A stretch of DNA of 64,000 nucleotides from the NCBI GenBank assembly GCA_016711805.1, contig JADJSH010000010.1, forward strand, positions 1-64,000, read 5' to 3'. The position numbers were made by a program, and so were the translations under genes. The notes below the pieces were generated by a model. That model was not told the origin of the DNA. It was given only the letters and a program-made list of their open reading frames with translations, and searched no databases. Source of the DNA: Bacteroidota bacterium (lineage in GTDB: Bacteria; Bacteroidota; Bacteroidia; B-17B0; Aurantibacillaceae). This document shows positions 37,395 through 47,482 of this stretch, piece by piece (the first letter of the stretch is position 1; each line of letters begins with the position of its first letter).

Positions 37395-38006
37395 TTGCAA
37401 TATATTAAACTCGATTTCATGTTAGGACTTAAATTAGAAACTGACCCTCGTTGGGTTAATATTGTAGAAAAAAATATTGAAGAAATTCTAACGGATCACG
37501 CTTACTGCGAGCAAAAGGCTGCTACCAATGCTATTTCTATAATGATTAGCTATCCATATTATACTGATTTAGTGGAAGAAATGGTGAAACTAGCCCAAGA
37601 AGAGTTGTCGCACTTTGAAATGGTTCATGTGAAAATAAAGGAGCGTGGATATAAACTTGGCTTTGAGCGTAAAGACGAATATGTAGGAGAATTATATAAA
37701 TTCATGCGTAAAGGTGATCATCGAAAAGAAATTGTATTAATTGATCGCTTGTTGTTTGGCGCTATGATTGAGGCCAGAAGCTGCGAACGTTTTAAATTAT
37801 TATCAGAGCAAATTAACGACGATGACTTAAAATCTTTTTACAGAGATTTAATGATTAGTGAGGCTACTCACTACACAACATTTATTGGGTTTGCCCGAAA
37901 GTATGGAGCTCATGCCGAAAACATTGATGATAGATGGCAACAATGGCTCAACTATGAAGCTGAATTAATGAAAAACTACAGTAAAAAAGAAACGATACAC
38001 GGATAG
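37395..38006 (+). CDS. miaE: tRNA-(ms2io6A37)-hydroxylase MiaE-like ferritin-fold protein
   Basis: Di-iron ligand pattern DHAYCEQKAA ... EELSHFEM ... EARSCERF ... EATHY typical of MiaE. Confidence 0.6.
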   Translation: MQYIKLDFMLGLKLETDPRWVNIVEKNIEEILTDHAYCEQKAATNAISIMISYPYYTDLVEEMVKLAQEELSHFEMVHVKIKERGYKLGFERKDEYVGELYKFMRKGDHRKEIVLIDRLLFGAMIEARSCERFKLLSEQINDDDLKSFYRDLMISEATHYTTFIGFARKYGAHAENIDDRWQQWLNYEAELMKNYSKKETIHG

Positions 38007-38113
38007 ATAGAATTAATAAAATCAAAAAAAATAGTATTAACTTGTAACTAATTAAAATACAATTAAATATACAGATAATGTAAAAATGACTATTGCCATG
38101 TAAAAAAACAGTA

Positions 38114-38121
38114 TAAATTTG
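38114..38121 (+). promoter_or_regulatory. -7 promoter element TAnnTTTG for the small-lipoprotein operon
   Basis: TAAATTTG ~26 bp upstream of the ATG at 38147. Confidence 0.35.
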
Positions 38122-38146
38122 TACTAAACTAGAATAATTAAAACAA

Positions 38147-38347
38147 ATGAAAAAAATTACTTTACTTACAGCTGTTATTATATCGGCATCTTTAGCGTCA
38201 TGCAAAAAAAACTGGGTTTGTCAATGCTCTGACTCTAACGGCGAATTAGCGTTTGAAGCTCGTTCTCAAAAAATGAAAAAAAACGATGCAAAAACATGGT
38301 GCACCAAAGGGAATGATGAATCAGACTATACCTGTGAACTTAAATAA
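38147..38347 (+). CDS. small 4-Cys lipoprotein, paralog 1
   Basis: Lipobox LASC; mature part CKKNWVCQC...KKNDAKTWC...YTCELK. Stop overlaps the next start (TAATG). Confidence 0.6.
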   Translation: MKKITLLTAVIISASLASCKKNWVCQCSDSNGELAFEARSQKMKKNDAKTWCTKGNDESDYTCELK

Positions 38348-38538
38348 TGAAAAAATCAATCTTCGTTTTGGTTGTTGCTATTTTTAGCTTAACATCTTGT
38401 AAAAAAGATAGAGTTTGCTCTTGTTCTTATCAAGATGGGACAGTTGTTTCGGAAAATACTTACAAAAATGTAACTCGAAAAGAAGCAAAAACTTATTGTG
38501 TAAGTGCAAACCAAAGTGTGTCTTGTTCTATAAAATAA
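38347..38538 (+). CDS. small 4-Cys lipoprotein, paralog 2
   Basis: Lipobox LTSC; CKKDRVCSC...RKEAKTYC...VSCSIK. Confidence 0.6.
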   Translation: MKKSIFVLVVAIFSLTSCKKDRVCSCSYQDGTVVSENTYKNVTRKEAKTYCVSANQSVSCSIK

Positions 38539-38691
38539 ACGTTCTTCTTGTTATAATTACTTTCAATCATGGGATAAATAAGCATAGTTTTCTTATTTAG
38601 AACAACTATAAATATCAAAATACCCAGTATTGGGTATACAGATATTGAAAAAAAGTATTTAAATTTGCCTAAACTTTAAAAAAACAAAAAA

Positions 38692-38925
38692 ATGAAAAAA
38701 ATTACTTTGTTAGCAGCTGTTGTTATCGCAGCTTCTTTTGCTTCTTGCAAAAAAGACTACACTTGTGTTTGTACTGTACCTGCTAGCAGCTCTTCTTACT
38801 ATGCTGGAACTTCTTACACTTACGATTTAGGTAAAATCAAAAAGAAAGATGCAAAAGCTTCTTGTGATGCAGCTGGTGCAACTTGGATTAATTTAGGTGG
38901 TACTTGCGAAGAAAAAGTTAAATAA
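38692..38925 (+). CDS. small 4-Cys lipoprotein, paralog 3
   Basis: Lipobox FASC; CKKDYTCVC...KKDAKASC...GTCEEKVK; own TAAATTTG -7 element at 38660-38667 and terminator downstream. Confidence 0.6.
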   Translation: MKKITLLAAVVIAASFASCKKDYTCVCTVPASSSSYYAGTSYTYDLGKIKKKDAKASCDAAGATWINLGGTCEEKVK

Positions 38926-38943
38926 TTTTTAACTCTTTAAAAA

Positions 38944-38978
38944 AAAGGTCATTATCTCAGATAATGACCTTTTTTTTT
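38944..38978 (+). terminator. rho-independent terminator
   Basis: aaaaggtcattatctcagataatgaccttttttttt. Confidence 0.65.
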
Positions 38979-39089
38979 GCTTTTTATGACTTTTATCAAG
39001 AAAATATTTTTAATAATTACCCTCCAGTGGGTATCAAATATGTAAAAAGTTTGTATACATTTGTACTATAAACTTTAAAAACTAAAAAA

Positions 39090-39389
39090 ATGAAAAAAAT
39101 CACTTTATTAGCAGTTGCTTTTGTAGCATTAACTGCAGTTTCTTGCAAAAAAGACAGAACTTGTACTTGCAAAACTACAACAAGTAGTGTAAGCGTTAGC
39201 AACACTTCTGGTTCTACTTCGTACAACGGTCCATTTGCTTCTGATGAAGATAAAATGACTATGACTAAAGTTTCTAAAAAAGCTGCAGCAGCAAACTGTG
39301 TTTCTGGTGACAATGTTAATACTAACGTTTCTTCATCTGGTAACACTACTACAACTACTACAACTAAAAAAGATTGTTCTTTAAGCTAG
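39090..39389 (+). CDS. small 4-Cys lipoprotein, paralog 4 (Thr/Ser-rich)
   Basis: Lipobox AVSC; CKKDRTCTC...KKAAAANC...KKDCSLS; TACATTTG -7 element at 39055-39062; terminator gaaagctaccaaattggtagctttttttt at 39398-39430. Confidence 0.6.
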   Translation: MKKITLLAVAFVALTAVSCKKDRTCTCKTTTSSVSVSNTSGSTSYNGPFASDEDKMTMTKVSKKAAAANCVSGDNVNTNVSSSGNTTTTTTTKKDCSLS

Positions 39390-39573
39390 TAAGTTGATGA
39401 TAAATGAAAAGAAAGCTACCAAATTGGTAGCTTTTTTTTATTCTAATAACATTTATTAAGTAATCTTATGCCTAGCATAAAAAGTTAATTACAAATAAAT
39501 TGTAAATTTAGCCTCGAGTTAAATGCTTTCATAAACAGCTATTATAAGTAAATAAAAAACAATCTATCCCTAA

Positions 39574-40515
39574 ATGAAACCTCTTTTTCTAAAAATTTCG
39601 TTCTTTATAATTTGCTCTTTAATGGGCTTTGTGTTTTTATTTAGTGGATATACTAAATTGTACCCTATTGAACCGTTTGAATATACATTTATCGATCTTG
39701 GTATTGGTGGATGGCGTTTAGCGCCTTTTATAGCAAGATTCATGATTGGTTTAGAATTTTTGATTGGATTTTTATTAATTTTTGGTCTATACACGAAAAA
39801 ATTTACCCTAAAACTTACGATTGCTTCGCTCATATTTTTCTCTGTTTATTTAGTTTTTATGATCATTAACTCGGGCAACAATGGGAATTGTGGTTGCTTT
39901 GGTCAAGTGTTAGTTATGACTCCTTTGCAGGCACTAATTAAAAATGCGGTAATGCTTGTTATTTGTCTATTGATCTATAAGTATTATGAGGGATTTGATT
40001 TTGGAAAAATTGGTAAATGGATTTTTGGCGTACTGTTTATTTTTTCGTTTGCATTGCCGCATATATTGAATTATGTAGATATCGATTATTCTGAAGCTTA
40101 TTTAACGAAACAAGAAGATCATTTTAAGTTAGAACTAGATAGTGTTTATACAAGTGCAAAAATTCACACGCCTCCAAAAACATTAAGTACAGGAAAACAT
40201 ATTATTGCATTTATGAGTATGAGTTGCGGCCATTGTAGGATTGCAGCAAAAAAAATGCGATTGATGAAACAACAAAATCCTAGTATTCCAATGTATCTAG
40301 TTTTAAATGGTGAGTATGATATGTTGCCGAAATTTTTTGATGATACAAAAGCTAGAAATATTGACTATTGTGTTTTAAACGGTAGAAACTTTATCTACTT
40401 AGCTGGTTTAGATTTACCAGCTATATATATGGTTAATAACTCAATTGTAGAAAACTATATTGATTATGCTCACCTCGATCAAACTGAAATTGAGGCTTGG
40501 CTTGCAAAGCCATAA
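39574..40515 (+). CDS. MauE/DoxX-like membrane domain fused to thioredoxin-like (TlpA-type) thiol-disulfide oxidoreductase
   Basis: 4-5 TM segments with GNCGCFG motif (MauE-like); C-terminal domain with CxxC (SCGHC). Confidence 0.6.
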   Translation: MKPLFLKISFFIICSLMGFVFLFSGYTKLYPIEPFEYTFIDLGIGGWRLAPFIARFMIGLEFLIGFLLIFGLYTKKFTLKLTIASLIFFSVYLVFMIINSGNNGNCGCFGQVLVMTPLQALIKNAVMLVICLLIYKYYEGFDFGKIGKWIFGVLFIFSFALPHILNYVDIDYSEAYLTKQEDHFKLELDSVYTSAKIHTPPKTLSTGKHIIAFMSMSCGHCRIAAKKMRLMKQQNPSIPMYLVLNGEYDMLPKFFDDTKARNIDYCVLNGRNFIYLAGLDLPAIYMVNNSIVENYIDYAHLDQTEIEAWLAKP

Positions 40516-40520
40516 AACAA

Positions 40521-41195
40521 TTAAAACAACTCTTTTAGTTCGATTAATCGTTTGATCTGTATAAAATTTTGATCCGTGTTATTTTTGACATTTTCCGACA
40601 AATAAATGGCTTTCCATTTAGCGTTTAATGCCCCTAAAATATCTGCGTCATAATTATCTCCTATCATCACGCACTCATGTTGCTGAGCGTAGGTTAAACT
40701 TTGAGCTAAATCAAATATTTTAATGTCTGGTTTATTAAAACCATGTTCTTCCGATATGATTATGTGTTTAAAAAACGGTTTCAAATTACTGTAATCTAAT
40801 TTGATATGCTGTACTTCTTTAAAACCATTAGTGATAATGTGTAATTGATAACTTTCTTGTAAATGCATTAATACATCTATCGCCCCATCAATTAAATGCG
40901 TTTTGTATGGAGATATGGTTAAATAATCGTCTGCCCATATATGAGATAAATTCAAATTATCATAACCAAAATACAGAAAGGCTTTATAAAAACGCTGATA
41001 ACGCAATTCTTCTTTTGTAGTTTGCTTTAATCCATATAAATGCCACATTTCATGATTAATGGCTTCATACACTTTAATAAAAGAGTCAAAATCGATTTGG
41101 CAATGTTGTTGTATGTCGTGTTCTAAAAACAAATGCAATAAAGCCTCTCTGGAGTTTTTTTCAAAATCCCAAAGTGTATTGTCTAAATCAAAAAA
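40521..41195 (-). CDS. HAD-IA family hydrolase (YjjG-like nucleotidase), no canonical start codon
   Basis: The ORF from the ATG at 41138 lacks HAD motif I. The in-frame upstream sequence encodes ...IKQIKHIFFDLDNTLWDF (DxD motif I) back to a TAA, with only ATT/ATA/ATC codons available as starts. Confidence 0.6.
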   Translation of the reverse strand, partial: FFDLDNTLWDFEKNSREALLHLFLEHDIQQHCQIDFDSFIKVYEAINHEMWHLYGLKQTTKEELRYQRFYKAFLYFGYDNLNLSHIWADDYLTISPYKTHLIDGAIDVLMHLQESYQLHIITNGFKEVQHIKLDYSNLKPFFKHIIISEEHGFNKPDIKIFDLAQSLTYAQQHECVMIGDNYDADILGALNAKWKAIYLSENVKNNTDQNFIQIKRLIELKELF

Positions 41196-41211
41196 TATGT
41201 GTTTTATCTGT

Positions 41212-42228
41212 TTAATCTTGATAGTTATTAAAATAATGTAACTCTTTGGTTAAATCTAAATACGGATATTCAGCCTGAAGATTTGTACATTGCTGGTAAA
41301 ATTTTTGTTTAAACTTTACTGAAGAGCTTGTAGTTTTATTAAACAATCGATGGCGGTAGGCTTGATGAATTTGATTTACCTTTTCATTAATTGAAATTGT
41401 TTTCTCATTAAAGTACACTTCTGCAAAACGTTTCCAAACATAATCAATGGCTTGCTTGTTTGGATGCGCCATATCTGATTCATAAAAACGATAATCTCTT
41501 AAATCATCATTTACTAACTCGTAGGAAGGGAAATAAACACAATGTTTAAGGTCATTTATTAACTGATGAGTAGATTGAATTAAAATAGCTTTACTCACGC
41601 TATTCTCCACTACTCCATCACGCAAATGCTTTACAGGCGATACGGTCAATATGACTTTAAGCAATGGATTAAATTGCTGAATTTTACTGATAACATTATT
41701 AAATTCAGCAACTATATTATTTGTTTTGAGTAAGTTTTTTTCAAATATAGCTTGAGGTAACTTATGACAATTAGCAACTATAGTATCTTGTTCAATATGT
41801 TTGTAGGCAAATGCCGAACCAAACGTAATAGTTAACCATTGTGCGGTTTTTAATTTTTCATACCAGCTATCAATGCTATGATTTAATGTATCTAATAACT
41901 CTTGCTGAGTGTCTCCGTGAATAGAACTATGAGCCTCAAACGAATACCAAAGTCCATCTTTTTCAAAAACATCTTTAGCTTCAAAATAATGTTTATCTAT
42001 GATTCGAAGTAATGATTTAGCAATACTTTTAGGATTAAATACAATACCAAATGGATTGGAATGAACATTAAATTTCAAATCATTTAATCGGGCACCAATA
42101 TGCTCGCTAAAACAAGAACCAATTAATAACACACCATCTTGATGTGTTATTTTATTGAAACTAATTGATGGTTGAAACCCTAAATGAAATTGCATGATTA
42201 AAGATAAAAATAAAAAAGGATTCACCAT
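41212..42228 (-). CDS. GSCFA domain protein
   Basis: Signature LIGSCFSEHIG and overall GSCFA-family length. Confidence 0.75.
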   Translation of the reverse strand: MVNPFLFLSLIMQFHLGFQPSISFNKITHQDGVLLIGSCFSEHIGARLNDLKFNVHSNPFGIVFNPKSIAKSLLRIIDKHYFEAKDVFEKDGLWYSFEAHSSIHGDTQQELLDTLNHSIDSWYEKLKTAQWLTITFGSAFAYKHIEQDTIVANCHKLPQAIFEKNLLKTNNIVAEFNNVISKIQQFNPLLKVILTVSPVKHLRDGVVENSVSKAILIQSTHQLINDLKHCVYFPSYELVNDDLRDYRFYESDMAHPNKQAIDYVWKRFAEVYFNEKTISINEKVNQIHQAYRHRLFNKTTSSSVKFKQKFYQQCTNLQAEYPYLDLTKELHYFNNYQD

Positions 42229-42263
42229 CAGATGAATCCTTTTAAATATATTATTCTAATGAA

Positions 42264-42683
42264 TTAGAAACGCTCTATTTGAGAGAAAAAGAAATTTGCT
42301 TCAATGTTAGCGTTTTCATCGCTATCAGAACCGTGAACTGCATTAGCTGCAATTGATTTAGCAAATAATTTACGAATCGTTCCTTCGTCAGCTTTAGTTG
42401 GATCAGTTGCACCAATTAAAGTTCTGTATTCTGCAACAGCATTTGTTTTTTCTAAAACAGCTGCAACAATTGGTCCGCTACTCATATAACTTACTAATTC
42501 GCCATAAAAAGGACGCTCTTTGTGAACTTCATAAAATTTACCAGCTGTTTCAGCGCTTAATTTCATGTATTTCATAGCTACAATTTTAAAACCTGATTGG
42601 TTTATTTTCGCTAAAATTGGTCCGATGTTGTTAGCCTCAACTGCATCGGGCTTAATCATTGTAAATGTGATATTTCCTGCCAT
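42264..42683 (-). CDS. ndk: nucleoside diphosphate kinase
   Basis: [12 protein letters not shown]...HGSDS active-site His region; start taken at the MAGNITF Met. Confidence 0.9.
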   Translation of the reverse strand: MAGNITFTMIKPDAVEANNIGPILAKINQSGFKIVAMKYMKLSAETAGKFYEVHKERPFYGELVSYMSSGPIVAAVLEKTNAVAEYRTLIGATDPTKADEGTIRKLFAKSIAANAVHGSDSDENANIEANFFFSQIERF

Positions 42684-42792
42684 TATATTTTTTTTAGGCT
42701 GCAAAGATACAACTATTGTGTTTATATCAAATGCATTAAATAAACGATTTAAAACACATCTAAAACCTAAATTTGTACTTCAAAATCAAATC

Positions 42793-43812
42793 ATGCAAAA
42801 AGACTCCTTTCCGAAATTCAAAGCTTTAATTAAAAAATCAAACAATATTGTAATTGTAACGCATTATAATCCTGATGGAGATGCCATGGGCTCTTCATTA
42901 GCGCTTTATAATTATTTAATTAAAGGTGGTAAAAGTGTCACGGTTATTACACCTAACGATTACCCTGAGTTTTTGCGTTGGTTACCTGGAAATAAAAAAG
43001 TAGTTGAATTTAATACCAATCAAAAAAAAGCAGCGACTATCATATCTAAAAGTGATTTAATTTTTACACTAGATTTTAATAATTATTCGCGCTTAGAAGG
43101 CTTAGGAGAATTATTACAAAACTCTACTGCTAAAAAAATATTAATTGATCATCACCAACAACCTGATACTTATGCTACTCTCATGTTTCATGATGTAAAA
43201 GCTTGTTCTACCTGCGAATTAGTGCATGAATTTATTGTTGGCTTAGGCGGCAAAAAATTAATTGATAAAAACATTGCCGCTTGTTTATATACTGGTATTA
43301 TGACTGATACTGGCTCTTTCCGTTTTGATAGCGTGACACCAAAAACACACTTGATATTAGCAGATTTATTAGCAACAGGTTTGCAACCAAGCGATATTCA
43401 TAGTGCTATTTACGATACCTACAGCGAAAGTCGTGTAAAATTATTAGGCTATTGCTTAACCGAAAAAATGGTAGTGATTCCCGAATTACAAACGGCTTAC
43501 ATGGCTTTATCTGAAGCTGAATTAAAGAGATTCAATAACCAAAAAGGAGATACCGAAGGTATTGTGAATTATCCTTTCTCTATTAAAGGAATTACCTTTT
43601 GTGCATTTTTTAGTGAGGGCGAAGGCAAAATAAAAATATCATTCCGAAGCAAAGGTAAATTTGATGTAAACCAATTTGCTCGTAAACACTTTAATGGTGG
43701 CGGACATATCAACGCTGCTGGTGGACGAGGAAACGTAACCGATTTACAAAAAACAGTACAAGAATTTTTAGCTTTATTACCTGTTTACAAGAAAGAAATT
43801 TTAAAGAAGTAA
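42793..43812 (+). CDS. nrnA: DHH-family phosphoesterase (NrnA-like oligoribonuclease/pAp phosphatase)
   Basis: DHH motifs THYNPDGDAMGS and DHH (IDHHQ); DHHA1 GGGH near the C-terminus. Start at the internal ATG 42793 because the longer ORF overlaps ndk. Confidence 0.75.
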   Translation: MQKDSFPKFKALIKKSNNIVIVTHYNPDGDAMGSSLALYNYLIKGGKSVTVITPNDYPEFLRWLPGNKKVVEFNTNQKKAATIISKSDLIFTLDFNNYSRLEGLGELLQNSTAKKILIDHHQQPDTYATLMFHDVKACSTCELVHEFIVGLGGKKLIDKNIAACLYTGIMTDTGSFRFDSVTPKTHLILADLLATGLQPSDIHSAIYDTYSESRVKLLGYCLTEKMVVIPELQTAYMALSEAELKRFNNQKGDTEGIVNYPFSIKGITFCAFFSEGEGKIKISFRSKGKFDVNQFARKHFNGGGHINAAGGRGNVTDLQKTVQEFLALLPVYKKEILKK

Positions 43813-43876
43813 ACAATTGAACGATGATTAAAAACCGCGTAAATCCTTAATTCGTCACATCCGTGTTCCTATTAAA

Positions 43877-45019
43877 CTATTCCTTAATAAACTTCATTTT
43901 AGCTACTGCCCCACTTAGTGTTTTTACAGTTAAAAAGTAAATACCAGTTGTTAAGTTCCCAACTGAAATAGAATTTGTTTGAGTGGTTTCTGATAAAACG
44001 ACTTTACCTAAAACATCGGTCACTTCAATACTTACGGACGTTTCATTCTCTAAATTAAAATGTAATATTGTATTTGCAGGATTTGGAAACAATTTTAAAG
44101 AATTTGCCAATGCCTTGTTTTCGTCAATGGATGTTAAAATAGGCATTGAATATTTATTAAAAAATCGCCAAATTTCTTTGGAGGCATTGATATCTAAATT
44201 AGTACCTACACCACCAAAAGGAAAGCCTGGCCAAGTGTGACCACCATTGATGATTTTATATAATTCAACCGAACTACCTCCAGTTCCTCCACTATAAATA
44301 TAATGTTCGGCCGTGCAACCATCTACTAAACTCGTATTCGGCACATTACTAAATGTTGCTGTTGGATTACAATTATTTTTTGTTACCCAATACTTCACAA
44401 CCGAATCTATTGGCATCATATTTTGCGACATATTGCCAAGGTACGGAACAGTTGCATCGCTAGTACCGTGAATTTGCATTACTGGCGCTGGACGCATTGG
44501 ATGACAATTAGGACCATACTGCGTCGTAAAAATACTACCTGTGACTGATGCAATTGCTGTTATTCTATTACTTAATTCGCACGCCAAGGTATGACTCATA
44601 AAACCACCATTACTCATCCCTGTTGAGTAAACTCTATCTAAATTAATATTATACGTTAAATCTAACGAATCAATTAAAGCACTTAAAAAAGCAATATCAT
44701 TTACTAAAGCTGATGACAAACCTGCATTCCCAAAGCGTTGACCAGAAGAATATGTCCCATTCGGGTAAACCATTAAAAAGTTAGCCGTATCAGCAATTGG
44801 CATAAAATTACTATACAATTGTTGTTGCTGAGCATTACTTGTGTAGCCATGCAAATTTAAAATTAAAGGTCTAGCGGTAGCTCCTGTATAAATGGCTGGA
44901 ACATATAAGCGATAAGAGCGATACTGGCCACCAACATAAATACTGTCAATAACCGTTGTTTGCGATTGAGAAATTAAAAAAGAGAAAGTAAATAAAAAAG
45001 AAAGTAAAGTTTTTTTCAT
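43877..45019 (-). CDS. secreted alpha/beta-hydrolase esterase (PHB-depolymerase/LpqC-like) with T9SS C-terminal sorting domain
   Basis: Signal peptide; nucleophile elbow GMSNGG; C-terminal Por_Secre_tail (LFPNPANTILHF...GIYFLTVKT...KFIKE). Confidence 0.7.
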   Translation of the reverse strand: MKKTLLSFLFTFSFLISQSQTTVIDSIYVGGQYRSYRLYVPAIYTGATARPLILNLHGYTSNAQQQQLYSNFMPIADTANFLMVYPNGTYSSGQRFGNAGLSSALVNDIAFLSALIDSLDLTYNINLDRVYSTGMSNGGFMSHTLACELSNRITAIASVTGSIFTTQYGPNCHPMRPAPVMQIHGTSDATVPYLGNMSQNMMPIDSVVKYWVTKNNCNPTATFSNVPNTSLVDGCTAEHYIYSGGTGGSSVELYKIINGGHTWPGFPFGGVGTNLDINASKEIWRFFNKYSMPILTSIDENKALANSLKLFPNPANTILHFNLENETSVSIEVTDVLGKVVLSETTQTNSISVGNLTTGIYFLTVKTLSGAVAKMKFIKE

Positions 45020-45135
45020 CCAAGTAAATTAAAGTTTATGAATTCTAAATTAGCAAAAAATAGGCAATTAACAAGTCAAATAACTATTAATTTTCCATTA
45101 AAATCAGTACTTTCGTTCTCTTAAATTTAACATTT

Positions 45136-47405
45136 ATGGCTAAATTCAAAAAACAAGATGCCCTTGATTACCACTCTCAAGGAAGACCCGGAAAAATTGA
45201 AGTAATTCCCACTAAACCATATAGCACGCAAAGAGACTTAACCCTTGCCTATTCTCCTGGTGTTGCTGAGCCTTGCTTAGAAATAGAAAAAAACCAAGAA
45301 GACGCCTACAAATATACCGCTAAAGGAAACTTAGTAGCAGTAATTAGTAACGGAACAGCAGTTTTAGGCTTAGGCGATATTGGTGCCTTGGCATCAAAAC
45401 CAGTAATGGAAGGTAAAGGCTTACTCTTTAAAATATTTGCGGATATTGATGTGTTTGACATTGAAGTTGACACAAAAAATATTGATGAGTTTGTAAACAC
45501 CGTAAAAAATATTGCCTGCACTTTTGGAGGAATTAACCTTGAAGATATTAAAGCACCAGAATGTTTTGAAATTGAACGTCGATTAAAAGAAGAATTAAAT
45601 ATTCCTTTAATGCACGATGATCAGCATGGTACAGCCATTATTTCTTCAGCTGGTTTATTAAATGCTGTGGAAATTTCGGGCAAAAAAATGAGCGAGGTTA
45701 AAGTGGTGATTAACGGTGCTGGCGCTTCGGCTAACTCTTGCGCTAAAATGTACATTGCTGTTGGTGTAAAAAAAGAAAATATTTTAATGCTCGACAGTAA
45801 AGGTGTTATTAATAAAAACCGTACTGATCTAGATCAATACAAAACATTTTTTGCGTCAGATAACACTAAAGTAAATACATTAGAAGAAGCCATTAAAGGT
45901 GCTGATGTATTTGTGGGTTTATCTAAAGGAAATATTTTAACACAAGATATGGTTCGCTCGATGGCTAAAAACTGTATTGTGTTTGCCCTTGCTAACCCTA
46001 CTCCCGAAATTAGTTACGAAGAAGCTATTGCTGCTCGTCCTGATATTATTATTGCAACTGGTCGTAGTGATCATCCTAACCAAGTAAACAACGTATTAGG
46101 ATTTCCCTTTATTTTTAGAGGAGCTTTAGATGTGCGTGCTACTTGCATTAACGAAGAAATGAAATTAGCAGCAGCTTTAGCAATTGCAGCTTTAGCTAAA
46201 GAAAGCGTACCTGATTATGTAAACTTAGCTTATGGTTCTAAAAATCTTGCTTTTGGTACAGAGTATATTATTCCAAAACCTATTGATAACCGTTTAATTT
46301 CTATCGTAAGTTCAGCAGTTGCAAAAGCAGCTATTGACAGTGGTGTTGCTAAACGTGTGATTACTGATTGGGATGCATATCGTACCGAATTAGATAACCG
46401 TTTAGGTAAAGACAATCGATTGATTAGAAGTTTAGCAAATAAAGCGAAATCAAATCCTAAGCGTGTTGTATTTACCGAAGCAGATACTTATAAAATTTTA
46501 AAAGCAGCGCAGTTGGCAAAAGACGAAGGTATTGCTAAACCAATTTTATTAGGTAATAAAGAACGTATTTTAGCTTTAATGGAAGAGAACCAAATTGATA
46601 TGGGAGATACACCTATTATTGATGCGTGGTTACCTGAAGAAGAAGCGCGCCGTGCAGAATTTGGTGATTTTTTATGGCATAAACAACAACGTAGGGTTTA
46701 ACACAATACGATGCTCGCAAATTAATGCGCGATAGAAATTATTTTGGAGCCATGATGGTTGAAACTGGCATGGCTGATGCGATGATTTCGGGCTTAACTC
46801 GTAAATATGGCGCACCTATTAAACCTGCTTTAGATGTGATTGGCGTGCAAGATGGTGTTGGCCGTGTGGCTGGTTTGTATATGATGATTACCAAAAAAGG
46901 CCCATACTTTTTTGCAGATACCACCATGACAGAAAACCCAACAGCACAACAGTTGGCGGACATAGCTGTATTAACAGCAAATACAATTAAGTCTTTTAAT
47001 ATCACGCCACGCATCGCCATGTTATCTTTCTCTAATTTTGGTTCTGCAGAAGGAGAAACTCCGAGAAAAATGCAAGAAGCCACAAAAATTTTACATAAAA
47101 ATTATCCAGGTTTAGTGGTAGATGGCGACATACAAGCCAACTTTGCCGTTAACAATGAATTACTAAAAGAACAGTTTCCGTTTAGTACTTTAATTGATAA
47201 AGATGTAAATACCTTTATCTTCCCTAATTTAGCAGCAGGTAACATTGCCTATAAATTATTGCAAGAGTTAGGCGGCGCCGAAGCTATTGGTCCTGTTTTA
47301 ATGGGATTAAAAAAACCTGTACACATTTTGCAATTAGGAAGTTCGGTTCGTGAAATTGTAAACATGATTACCATTGCAGTAGTAGATGCTCAGAATAAGA
47401 AATAA
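45136..47405 (+). CDS. maeB: NADP-dependent malic enzyme (malic enzyme domain + phosphotransacetylase-like domain), frame broken by a 1-nt deletion in a G-run (probable assembly error)
   Basis: 521-aa ORF (malic enzyme N/NAD domains) plus 226-aa ORF (PTA-like). Adding one G to the G3 run at 46694-46696 reads ...[37 protein letters not shown]..., a continuous ~756-aa MaeB. Confidence 0.85.
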
Positions 47406-47424
47406 TTAAAAATCTGTTATTAAA

Positions 47425-47458
47425 AGCCCCAATGATATTTTCATTGGGGCTTTTTTTA
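47425..47458. terminator. bidirectional rho-independent terminator
   Basis: aaagccccaatgatattttcattggggcttttttt between the convergent maeB and AraC-family genes. Confidence 0.65.
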
Positions 47459-47482
47459 TGACATACTTAAATTATATACTAT

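Noticed and set aside
39017-39346. 109-aa minus-strand ORF
   Set aside because: It is antisense to small lipoprotein paralog 4. The plus-strand gene has a promoter element, a lipobox, a terminator and three paralogs, so the plus-strand reading is preferred.
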